In this document: positions 1 through 8,565 of the stretch, piece by piece
Layout: the number at the start of each line of letters is the position of its first letter
Position numbering within the stretch: the first letter of the stretch is position 1
IMG/VR virus record: IMGVR_UViG_3300034410_000589
Coordinates: 9,459-73,458 of that record
Source: a virus
Taxonomy: Duplodnaviria; Caudoviricetes
Length of the DNA: 64,000 nt
Direction: 5' to 3' (one strand)
Program-made: the position numbers and the translations under genes
The notes under the pieces: model-generated
Told to the model about the DNA's origin: nothing
The model's database searches: none
The model's input: only the letters and a program-made list of their open reading frames with translations

Positions 1-279
1 AGCATTACCACTACGTGAACCAATTGATCTACGAAATAACTTTCTTACTTCAATAATCTCATTTGGTAATATGTACTCATTTTGATCTTCAGTAAGTGTT
101 AGGAACAAGTATGACTCCTCTACAGCATGATCTGTTCTTTGTCTATATTTTGTAAGTGCTTTTGTTAAAGCAGACTCGTAATGAATCGGATCAAGCTCAA
201 CATCAACCATGCCTCCGCCTAAAAATGCGTTAACATAGTCAAATATCTCTTGTTTTTGTGTAGTTATACCTGTTGCCAT
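1..279 (-). CDS. gp13: Neck protein, T4 gp13-like (N-terminal 93 aa; runs off the left edge; absent from the ORF track)
   Basis: Manual translation from ATG at 279: MATGITTQKQEIFDYVNAFLGGGMVDVELDPIHYESALTKALTKYRQRTDHAVEESYLFLTLTEDQNEYILPNEIIEVRKLFRRSIGSRSGNA, open to base 1. GGAGA SD and a GATAAATA promoter lie upstream. The LGGGMVDVEL...AL pattern resembles the gp13 N-terminus, and the gene adjoins gp14/gp15-like genes. Confidence 0.8.
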   Translation of the reverse strand, partial: MATGITTQKQEIFDYVNAFLGGGMVDVELDPIHYESALTKALTKYRQRTDHAVEESYLFLTLTEDQNEYILPNEIIEVRKLFRRSIGSRSGNA

Positions 280-298
280 ATGTCTTGTTCTCCAATAG

Positions 299-319
299 TA
301 TTTATCGTATCGATAAATA
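299..319. promoter_or_regulatory. Back-to-back T4-type late promoters (GATAAATA on - strand at 299-306; GATAAATA on + strand at 312-319)
   Basis: TATTTATC-GTATC-GATAAATA sits between the divergent gp13-like and gp14-like starts; it matches the T4 gp55 consensus TATAAATA at 7/8. Confidence 0.7.
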
Positions 320-324
320 TGTAT

Positions 325-1548
325 ATGCCAAGACTATCATTATATAAACCAGAAAAGGGCAACGACTACAAATTTATGGATCAAAGGATCTATGAAATGT
401 TTACTATCGGCGGTACTGATATTAATATACACAAATATATAGGTACTGATGATGGAGAAGTTGTTAAAGACAATACTCAGATTCAAGATATTCTGTTCTT
501 AGAAAATAGAGACAGAAAATATGATGACGATATCTATACTATTAGAGGCATATACAACGTACAAGATATTGATTTTGATCTAAGCCAATTTGGTTTATTC
601 TTAACTAATGATACATTGTTTATGACTATACACATTACATCAAGTGTGTCATCACTAGGTAGAAAAATAATGCCAGGTGATGTTATAGAACTACCTCACT
701 TAAAAGACGAGTATGCAGAAAATGATTTTGCAACTAGTTTAAAACGATACTATGTAGTTGAAGATGTAAACAGAGCCGCTGAAGGCTTTTCACCAACGTG
801 GTATCCACACTTGTACAGAATTAAATTAAAACAAATTGTTGATAGTCAAGAGTTTGCAGATATATTAGAAACACCAGAAGATGAAGATATCTTTATGGGT
901 GATTATAGTATAACTACAACTTACGAAATTGGACAAGTTGTAAAGTACAAAGGCAAGTTATATCAAGCCACAGCACAGACAGTAGGAAACACACCTACAG
1001 ACGTTTTTAATTGGGCAGAGTATACTGAGAACACTCTTAGAGATTTACTAAGCACATACGAAAAAGAAAAAGCAATTAATGATGCTGTACTTGCTGAAGC
1101 AGAAGCAGACGCTCCTAAATCAGGTTATGATGTAGGACATTATTATTCAATAGATTCAGACGAATCTGGCAAAACTAGAATTAATACTGTTGACGATAAA
1201 GACGCTGGCAAACCAAATAGAAGCGGATATGCTGGCTACCTTATCGAAGATGGACAACCGCCTAACGGTGCAGCATTTGGCAGTGGTACTAGTTTTCCTG
1301 CTATTAATGAAGCAGGTGATTACTTTTTACGTACAGACTTTTTACCTAATAGGTTGTTTAAGTTTGATGGGTCAAGATGGCTTAAGGTACAAGATAATAT
1401 TAGAATGACAATGACAAATACTGATCAAAGATTAAATCAAATTGGTACGTTTATTAATAATACTAATACTGATGTTATTGGTGACGAAACTGTAACAGAA
1501 AGACAGGCATTAAGTAAAGCCTTAAGACCAAAAGCGGATGATGTATAA
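325..1548 (+). CDS. gp14: Head completion/neck protein, T4 gp14-like, with an inserted carbohydrate-binding-like repeat and C-terminal extension (start ATG 319 or 325, not the TTG at 250)
   Basis: IQDILFLENRDRKYD...YNVQDIDFDLSQFGLFL resembles the gp14 family; context between gp13-like and gp15-like genes. The track's 250-318 extension overlaps the gp13 gene and the promoter. Confidence 0.75.
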   Translation: MPRLSLYKPEKGNDYKFMDQRIYEMFTIGGTDINIHKYIGTDDGEVVKDNTQIQDILFLENRDRKYDDDIYTIRGIYNVQDIDFDLSQFGLFLTNDTLFMTIHITSSVSSLGRKIMPGDVIELPHLKDEYAENDFATSLKRYYVVEDVNRAAEGFSPTWYPHLYRIKLKQIVDSQEFADILETPEDEDIFMGDYSITTTYEIGQVVKYKGKLYQATAQTVGNTPTDVFNWAEYTENTLRDLLSTYEKEKAINDAVLAEAEADAPKSGYDVGHYYSIDSDESGKTRINTVDDKDAGKPNRSGYAGYLIEDGQPPNGAAFGSGTSFPAINEAGDYFLRTDFLPNRLFKFDGSRWLKVQDNIRMTMTNTDQRLNQIGTFINNTNTDVIGDETVTERQALSKALRPKADDV

Positions 1549-3074
1549 TGCAATTTTTCTATGATGCACAAATAAGAAGATACATAACTCAACTTATTAG
1601 AATGTTGAGTAACTTTAATGTGCAAGATGCACACGGTAACGAAAAACAAGTGCCAGTTATGTATGGTGACTTAACAAGACAAGTTGCAAGTATAATTAGA
1701 GATAACTCAGAAAACAAAATACCTACAGCACCACGCATGGCTGTTTATGTTACAGGTTTAGAAATGGATAGAGACAGAACAGCTGACTCAAGCCTAATTA
1801 GTAAAAGACATGTACGTGAACGCACATATGACAGTGCTACAGGACAGTATCTTAACACACAAGGTAAAAATTATACTGTAGAAAGACATATGCCAGCACC
1901 TTACACACTAAAAGTAAGTGCTGATATTTGGGCTTCTAACACAGAACAAAAATTACAAATACTAGAACAAATATTAGTATTGTTTAATCCTAGTTTTGAA
2001 ATACAAACTACTGACAATTATTTAGACTGGACAAGTTTAACTGTTGTTAACATGGAAGGCATAACATTTAGTTCTAGATCAATACCTGTTGGTGTAGACA
2101 GTGAAATTGATGTTGCTAATTTACAGTTTAGCACACCTATATACTTAACACCTCCTGCTAAAGTAAAACGTTTAGGAGTTACAACAAGTATTATATCTAA
2201 TATATTTAATGAGCAACAAGGTGATATTAATTTAGGTGCTACTGTTGCAGGACAAATTGATGGTACAGAGCCTACATTTGTAACAAGAGTAAACACTGGT
2301 CCTATTGATGGAATCAATGACGGAAGTACAATGACTGTAGATGACGGTGAATTTCCGAATCAAGGCACAGGACTTATGGACTTTGATACTAAGCGTCTAT
2401 TTGACAAAACAAGTATTAGTAGCACATATCAAAACTATGGATTAAGTGTAGAAAATGATATTGCACAACTAGTATACAAAAATAAAGTTGGTGATGTTAA
2501 TTGGACAGAACTAGTAGAAGCATATCCAGGCACATACCAAGCAGGCGTTAGTAGAATACTATTAAAATCTAATGACGGTGACACTTATATAACAGGTACA
2601 TTTACAATAAACCCGTTAGATGAAACTAAAATTGTTATTGATTTTGATAGTGATTCGTTGCCAGATGATACCGTTATTCCAGGGCCTGCGAGAAGCAGTA
2701 ATAGTTTAACAACAATAGATTATATTATTGACCCGCTTAGATTTAATCCAGATCAAGTTAAAGCGGCAGGTGTGCGTTTGTTAATTTTAAGTGATATTGG
2801 CAGTGGTGAAAATGCCGATGGCCCAGATGCATGGAAAAATGCTGACGATTCAGACTTTATAGCAAGCGAATATGACATACTTGAATGGGACGGTAATAGA
2901 TGGCATGTTGTATTTGATGCAAGCGGCGCTGATGATGGTAGTACAGGATCACCTGCTACATATGTCAGCAATCTTAATACTGGTGTACAGTATAAATGGA
3001 ATGGCGAATTTTGGATTAAGAGCTACGAAGGAGAATACTCAGGAGCGACCTGGAACATACTACTTGATGCATAA
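1548..3074 (+). CDS. gp15: Tail terminator/sheath stabiliser, T4 gp15-like, with long C-terminal extension
   Basis: MQFFYDAQIRRY...VPVMYG...PRMA...PAPYTL...QILEQILVLFNPS pattern typical of gp15; start overlaps the stop of the gp14-like gene. Confidence 0.75.
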   Translation: MQFFYDAQIRRYITQLIRMLSNFNVQDAHGNEKQVPVMYGDLTRQVASIIRDNSENKIPTAPRMAVYVTGLEMDRDRTADSSLISKRHVRERTYDSATGQYLNTQGKNYTVERHMPAPYTLKVSADIWASNTEQKLQILEQILVLFNPSFEIQTTDNYLDWTSLTVVNMEGITFSSRSIPVGVDSEIDVANLQFSTPIYLTPPAKVKRLGVTTSIISNIFNEQQGDINLGATVAGQIDGTEPTFVTRVNTGPIDGINDGSTMTVDDGEFPNQGTGLMDFDTKRLFDKTSISSTYQNYGLSVENDIAQLVYKNKVGDVNWTELVEAYPGTYQAGVSRILLKSNDGDTYITGTFTINPLDETKIVIDFDSDSLPDDTVIPGPARSSNSLTTIDYIIDPLRFNPDQVKAAGVRLLILSDIGSGENADGPDAWKNADDSDFIASEYDILEWDGNRWHVVFDASGADDGSTGSPATYVSNLNTGVQYKWNGEFWIKSYEGEYSGATWNILLDA

Positions 3075-3082
3075 TTATTAGT

Positions 3083-3523
3083 ATGAAAGAGATTGTTTGT
3101 AGCGGAGCCTTATTCTACTCCTTAACCACTGAAAGATTTTTATTTTTACATAGGACAGGAAACAAATCTAATGTTTCTTGGGGACTTGTTGGTGGTACTA
3201 ACGAACATAAGGAAACACCTTGGGAAGGCCTAAAAAGAGAAATACACGAAGAAATAGGCGAAGTAGATTACAAAAAAGTTGTTCCTTTAGAAAGTTTTGT
3301 TAGTAACGATAATCATTTTTTCTTTCATACATATCTTATTGTAGTGGACAATGAGTTTATACCCACTCTTAATAAAGAGCATGATGGGTATGCGTGGGTA
3401 AGTGCAGGCAAATGGCCTAAGCCATTACATCACGGTTTGCGTAATACTTTGCAAAATAAAACAATTCAAAACAAACTAACCACAATAGTTGAAGTATTAA
3501 AGGTAATAGACACTAATGAGTGA
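3083..3523 (+). CDS. NUDIX hydrolase
   Basis: Complete Nudix box GX5EX7REUXEEXG: GTNEHKETPWEGLKREIHEEIG. Confidence 0.9.
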   Translation: MKEIVCSGALFYSLTTERFLFLHRTGNKSNVSWGLVGGTNEHKETPWEGLKREIHEEIGEVDYKKVVPLESFVSNDNHFFFHTYLIVVDNEFIPTLNKEHDGYAWVSAGKWPKPLHHGLRNTLQNKTIQNKLTTIVEVLKVIDTNE

Positions 3524-3872
3524 AGTAACTAAACATGATTGGGGTCATGAACTTACTATTGCTAGTACTAATGATTACAGTACAAAGATATTAGCATTTG
3601 CAGGACCCGGAAGTAAAACTAACTTTTCTTTTAATGTAAAAAAAGAAAAAACTTGGTTTGTTAATACAGGACATTTTAAACTGAGATGGATCGATACTGA
3701 TACTGGACAACTATTTGAAACAGTATTACAAGAAGGTCAAACACATCATGTACCTCCGCTAATGCCGTGTTGCTTAGAAGCAATATCAGCAGACAGTTCA
3801 ATTACTGAATCAAGTAACGGTGATTACGATAAAGATACATTTATTGTATTGCCTTCTAAAAATGTAGGGTAA
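3516..3872 (+). CDS. Cupin-fold protein (degenerate metal site)
   Basis: WGHE...KEKTWFVNTG...L.EGQTHHVPPL resembles small phage mannose-6-phosphate-isomerase-like cupins; the usual first His pair is not visible. Confidence 0.6.
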   Translation: MSEVTKHDWGHELTIASTNDYSTKILAFAGPGSKTNFSFNVKKEKTWFVNTGHFKLRWIDTDTGQLFETVLQEGQTHHVPPLMPCCLEAISADSSITESSNGDYDKDTFIVLPSKNVG

Positions 3873-3875
3873 ACA

Positions 3876-4142
3876 ATGTTTCCAAGATTAACAACCTCCG
3901 AAAAATGGCTTAGAGATATAAAGAGATATCAATCTTTTTATGATAATTTGCAAGAAGGCGCTGTCAAAAACAAACTAGGTTCTTACATAAAAACATTTGA
4001 AAGTCTAAGCAACGATATTGATGTAGGACATCAAAGTGGTAGCGGTGGCTATATCAAACCTCGACAACTAATTGATATTAAACATAATCTGTTTACTACG
4101 AAAGAAAAAATTGAAGTAATGTTAAAACAATTAGATAATTGA
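3876..4142 (+). CDS. Hypothetical protein (88 aa, helical)
   Basis: ORF contiguous with the + strand operon; no recognised motif. Confidence 0.6.
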   Translation: MFPRLTTSEKWLRDIKRYQSFYDNLQEGAVKNKLGSYIKTFESLSNDIDVGHQSGSGGYIKPRQLIDIKHNLFTTKEKIEVMLKQLDN

Positions 4143-5711
4143 TATACGTTTAATTGTTATAGCACCTACCATTGCAGGGTGCAATGTACATTGATATCTA
4201 TAGTTACCCGAAATTGTTTCAGGAACTTCCCAGTATAATGTTCCGCCATCTTTACCTTGTGCGTTTGTACCAGTTGAAACATTACCAATAATATCAACAT
4301 GTACTAAACCTGTATTATATGCTGTGCCTGTACCATCTTGTATTTCAAATGGATGTCCACCAATTTGATCTAAATCAAACGCAATAGTCATACCGCCTAT
4401 TGCATATAGCGTTGGATTGTTTCCTGAATATCCGTGACTGTCAACAGTATATGCTGTATTACCTAAGTTATTCAATCTAATCATTGCCATAGCAGGCATA
4501 TAACTTTTATCAATTGTCCTACCAGTTCGTACAACTTCTTCTAAATCGTCATACTTGTCAACACCTAGTGTTGCTGGCATATCTATTCTAACTTGAGTTC
4601 CTGTTACAGTGGTGTTAATATTCGTTCCGCCTGCAAAAGTAAACGTGCCTGTAGTAGAATTTGCTGTAACTGATCCTGCATCACCGTTGAATGTTTCCCA
4701 TAAATTTTGGTCTGGATCTCCTCCGCCGCCACTTACTGTATCTGGTCCCCATTCAGTGCCTGACCATACTAATGCTTGGCCTGTAGCAGGAGCCGCACTA
4801 CCAACATCTGCTAAATCTGCAAGATTAGAACTTGTACTTAATGCATCAGTTATACCATATCCTGAAAGTGTAGTTGGTGTTGTACCTAAGTCTGCAAAAT
4901 CTTCAACAGCATCAGTAATTCCGTAACCTGCTATTGTGGTTGGTACATTTGATAAGTTTAAAAATGATCCATCAAATGCATCAGTAATTCCGTAACCTGC
5001 TATTGTGGTTGGTTTATTTGCAAGGTCTGCAAAATCGCCACTAAACAATAAACTTGTAGTATCTGTTAAGTCGCTTATATCTGCTGGTATCGTAGGTGTG
5101 TTTATAAAGTTATTATAATTTAAAAAGTAAACACTATCTTGTCCATCTAATGTGTCAGCGTCTGTGCCGCCGCCACCTGTTGTAGAATCAAGTCCTGGTG
5201 ACCATTTAGACCCATCCCATTTTAAAACATTTCCTGCAACTGGGGTTGTATTTGAAGTGTCAACATCAGTTAAATCATTTATACTAAGTGTAGGTGTAGT
5301 ACCATTTATAGTTACTGTATTACCTACAATTTGTGTGGCTACGTTAGTTCCGCCTTCGAATGTTACTGTACTAGTAGGTGTAGATGCTGAAATAGATCCT
5401 ACATCTGCATCAATTTGAGAAAATAAATTTTGATCAGGATCACCAACAGCACCGTTAAAACTAATACTTACTTCATCGCCAGTTATTGCTGTAACTATGT
5501 CAGTGCCACCTGTTATAGCAAAAGAATCATTTTCGTTATCTGCTGTAGTAGTTCCTGTGTCTGCTGTAAATGTCTTAAATGCATCTGGTTGTTCAGCAGA
5601 AATACCACCACCTGAAACTACGTTCCAAGAAGTACCGTCCCAAATCCATGTAGTTGTGCCGTCAGTAAACGTATCATCTACATTTGGTGTTGCTGGAAAA
5701 TTTAATGCCAT
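4131..5711 (-). CDS. Tail-fibre-like virion protein with PTTIAGYGITDA repeats and C-terminal cupredoxin-like domain
   Basis: MALNFP..P...WIWDGTSW N-terminus, three PTT(I/L)(A/S)GYGITDA fibre repeats, repeated beta modules, and C-terminal GHPF...YQCTLHPAMVGAITI. Confidence 0.7.
   Translation of the reverse strand: MALNFPATPNVDDTFTDGTTTWIWDGTSWNVVSGGGISAEQPDAFKTFTADTGTTTADNENDSFAITGGTDIVTAITGDEVSISFNGAVGDPDQNLFSQIDADVGSISASTPTSTVTFEGGTNVATQIVGNTVTINGTTPTLSINDLTDVDTSNTTPVAGNVLKWDGSKWSPGLDSTTGGGGTDADTLDGQDSVYFLNYNNFINTPTIPADISDLTDTTSLLFSGDFADLANKPTTIAGYGITDAFDGSFLNLSNVPTTIAGYGITDAVEDFADLGTTPTTLSGYGITDALSTSSNLADLADVGSAAPATGQALVWSGTEWGPDTVSGGGGDPDQNLWETFNGDAGSVTANSTTGTFTFAGGTNINTTVTGTQVRIDMPATLGVDKYDDLEEVVRTGRTIDKSYMPAMAMIRLNNLGNTAYTVDSHGYSGNNPTLYAIGGMTIAFDLDQIGGHPFEIQDGTGTAYNTGLVHVDIIGNVSTGTNAQGKDGGTLYWEVPETISGNYRYQCTLHPAMVGAITIKRISII
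4843..5013. repeat. Coding direct repeats: two exact 36-nt copies (4909-4944, 4978-5013) and one degenerate copy (4843-4878)
   Basis: GCATCAGTAATTCCGTAACCTGCTATTGTGGTTGGT occurs twice; it encodes PTTIAGYGITDA on the minus strand. Confidence 0.9.
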
Positions 5712-7279
5712 TAAGAGCCTCCACTAATATTTATCGTTCCTGCAATAGCCCATGTGTTTGCTGATCCGTGTCTACTGTATAACATTCTGTTTGGGCTACC
5801 TAGCAAACTGTTAATATAATCGTCGTAGTCAGTATCAGACCCTGTAGTACTTATTACATCTTTAGTATCACTAATAACTTTGTCTTTTAATTGTGCTGGT
5901 GTTAAGTCCGGTTGTACTTGTAAATGTAATGCACAAACACCTGCTACTTGCGGTGATGCCATTGACGTGCCACCAATACTCATAATTTTATATGTACTGT
6001 TGTCAGGATAATCTAGCAATGAATATACAGCGTCTGCAAGCACACTAGACGTACTCATTATATTATCGCCGGGTGCGTATATGTTTATTGCAGGGCCTCT
6101 AGTAGAACTACTAGCTATTCTATCAACACCCGAGTTTACTTCAGCATCTATATTACCGACCATAAATGCATCATTGCTAAAAGGTGAACTTCCTCTATGA
6201 TATGCTATATCACCACTGCCAAAATTTACTGTATTGTTAAAATCAAGTCCTGTTGGTAAATCGGCTTTATATCTATTATTTCCAGCAGCAATACATACAT
6301 GTATTCCAGCATCAATCATATCTTCTATTTCTGCATCTACTGATGATACTCTTACTGGTACTCTATTATTACCAAAAAACAATCTACTAACTCCGGTTGC
6401 AGCCCATAGTTCGCCTCTGGTAGTATAGTCAACTCCGTATGTCCATGCTGTACCTCTATAAGTACCATTTGTTGGATCGCCTTGTTGATTAGTTCCGTAG
6501 CCCCAACTCATATTAACTACTGTAGGACGGCCGTTGGTCTTAGCATTGTGCCATAATCTGATAGCATCAAATGCATCACTTATTGACGTACCAGTGCCGT
6601 CACTTCCTGACAATGTTTCCAAACCGTTTAACTTCTGTGAATAAATGTGAGCACCTTTAGCCCAACCATATGTTTTACCTGCAGCTATACCTGCACAATG
6701 CGTTCCGTGGCCGTCGGCATCTCTATAATAGTTTGTGCTTTGTGTTCCACCAAGACCGCTTTCTGTATACCAATCAATTTGTTGTAGTCTACTTACTCCG
6801 TCTGCATCTTCCCATTCAGGATGATCAGGATCAATGCCACTGTCTTGTATCACAACATCTACGCCTGTACCGTCTAACGCATAGTCATAATTGCCTGTAA
6901 CAGTATTATTACTACCATATACATTCGTTGTTTCTATACAGCGCCTTAGACCCCAATTAACATAACTAGGTGTTGTTAGTGCTGCTCCTGATATTGATCT
7001 ATAAAATACACCAGTTTGTGATGCATTTTTTATTAGTTCAATATCGTCTCGTTGTTCTGGTGGTATTTCTACCGATAATACTCTTTCGTCATTTTGTAAT
7101 TGTTGTGCTTCTTCGTCTGTAAGCATCCAATGAGTCATACGCTTTGATCCTACTCTAGGATTAGCCACATCTACACTTCTGTTAGGGATTGGACCTGCAC
7201 CCGAAGTTGCAGATAATTCTGCATCAAATGCTTCTATATCAATTCCTCTATGTACTACTACAATGTATTCTTTTTCCAT
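5711..7279 (-). CDS. Subtilisin-like serine protease (peptidase S8), probably virion-associated
   Basis: Catalytic triad motifs VIQDSGID, HGTHCAG and GGTSMASP plus oxyanion AAGN; N-terminal propeptide-like segment. Confidence 0.92.
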   Translation of the reverse strand: MEKEYIVVVHRGIDIEAFDAELSATSGAGPIPNRSVDVANPRVGSKRMTHWMLTDEEAQQLQNDERVLSVEIPPEQRDDIELIKNASQTGVFYRSISGAALTTPSYVNWGLRRCIETTNVYGSNNTVTGNYDYALDGTGVDVVIQDSGIDPDHPEWEDADGVSRLQQIDWYTESGLGGTQSTNYYRDADGHGTHCAGIAAGKTYGWAKGAHIYSQKLNGLETLSGSDGTGTSISDAFDAIRLWHNAKTNGRPTVVNMSWGYGTNQQGDPTNGTYRGTAWTYGVDYTTRGELWAATGVSRLFFGNNRVPVRVSSVDAEIEDMIDAGIHVCIAAGNNRYKADLPTGLDFNNTVNFGSGDIAYHRGSSPFSNDAFMVGNIDAEVNSGVDRIASSSTRGPAINIYAPGDNIMSTSSVLADAVYSLLDYPDNSTYKIMSIGGTSMASPQVAGVCALHLQVQPDLTPAQLKDKVISDTKDVISTTGSDTDYDDYINSLLGSPNRMLYSRHGSANTWAIAGTINISGGS

Positions 7280-7282
7280 GTG

Positions 7283-8560
7283 TTACGCCTTAAAAATATA
7301 AACAGCACCACTACCTTGACTTTCAGCAGGAACACCTGTTACCAAGTAATCGTTAGTTGCTCTTATAGTAAATCCAAATCTATCATTTGTACTTGTATCG
7401 TATTTATTTGGATTCACTATAGTGTTTTGATAACTCCAATCTGATGTACTAAAAATATGTATTACACCACTTGCTGTACCGTTATCGTCGTCTTCTTCTA
7501 ACGCTCCTACAGCAAGATAGTTGTCCGTTATTGCTATAGATTCACCGAATCTATCATTTACATTTGTATTGTACGAGTTTGGATTATTAATAGTTGTAAC
7601 TAAATTACCATTTGATGGATTGTAAATATATACACGGCCGCTGTTATTTCCATCACTGTCTTCCCCAGGGCAACCTACTGCCGCATAATTTTCATTTAAG
7701 TCAACAGCATAACCAAATCGATCATCTAAGTCTAGTGCATCATCTTTTGGATTGTATATTGATTGATCTGTTGCACCTGTGCTATTATTAAATAAGAAAA
7801 ATGCACCACTATCACCTTGCCCTAATGCGCCTGGTTCATTTTCTCTCCAGTTACCTATCATTGTCCATGTATCAGTAATTGCAAGTGTATTAATTTTTTC
7901 ACCAATTTGATCACCTGGATATTCGTCTTCATTATCTAAGTTTGGATTTTCAATTGAATGATCTAATGTTCCGTTTGACAAATCAAATATATATGTCCAA
8001 CCTGTATCGTCGCCTAAACCTACAGCATTTTCTCTATATGCACAAACACTAGCAAAATCTTCAGTAAGTGCAACAGTACTACCAAAGGCATCACCGTTTG
8101 GATTAATTTCTGTTGTATTAGGATTAGGATCATTAAATGTATATACTAAACTTCCGTCGGTTATATCAAATACATATGCTTTACCGTTGTTGTCAGTAGC
8201 ATCGTTTTCACCGGGCGCACCTACAATAACGTACCCCGAATTAACAGCAACACTTGTGCCAAATAAATCTCCGTCACCTGCATTTATAGGTGCTACTGGA
8301 TTTGGATTTAATATTGTTCTTAGATATGTACCTGTAGAAGTGTAAATGTAAACAATACCTTGTGACGGTACTCCTGATGCACCTTGTTCGCCAGGTGCTC
8401 CTACAGCAATATGATTAGGTCCTATTGCAACACTAGTACCAAATGCGTCTGATTGTGCAATGCCTTCTGGATTAGGGTTTTCAAGATATCTTAATAATTT
8501 GAAAGGTGTCAACTTTGGTTGAAAATATTGTAAAGAACTTACTGAGCTATATCTTGGCAT
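7283..8560 (-). CDS. FG-GAP repeat beta-propeller protein (start corrected to MPRYSS at 8560)
   Basis: Repeated FG.SVA....(I/V)AVGAP.E units (about 6-7 blades); the corrected start removes the overlap with the upstream gene. Confidence 0.8.
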   Translation of the reverse strand: MPRYSSVSSLQYFQPKLTPFKLLRYLENPNPEGIAQSDAFGTSVAIGPNHIAVGAPGEQGASGVPSQGIVYIYTSTGTYLRTILNPNPVAPINAGDGDLFGTSVAVNSGYVIVGAPGENDATDNNGKAYVFDITDGSLVYTFNDPNPNTTEINPNGDAFGSTVALTEDFASVCAYRENAVGLGDDTGWTYIFDLSNGTLDHSIENPNLDNEDEYPGDQIGEKINTLAITDTWTMIGNWRENEPGALGQGDSGAFFLFNNSTGATDQSIYNPKDDALDLDDRFGYAVDLNENYAAVGCPGEDSDGNNSGRVYIYNPSNGNLVTTINNPNSYNTNVNDRFGESIAITDNYLAVGALEEDDDNGTASGVIHIFSTSDWSYQNTIVNPNKYDTSTNDRFGFTIRATNDYLVTGVPAESQGSGAVYIFKA

Positions 8561-8565
8561 AGGTT

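Noticed and set aside
250-318. N-terminal extension of the gp14-like ORF from TTG 250
   Set aside because: Overlaps the opposite-strand gp13-like start and both promoters; Cys-rich, non-homologous-looking sequence.
4843-5013. 36-nt direct repeats with ~30-33 nt gaps resembling a mini CRISPR array
   Set aside because: They are in-frame coding repeats (PTTIAGYGITDA) in a fibre gene, only two are exact, the gaps are mutually similar, and no cas genes or leader are present.
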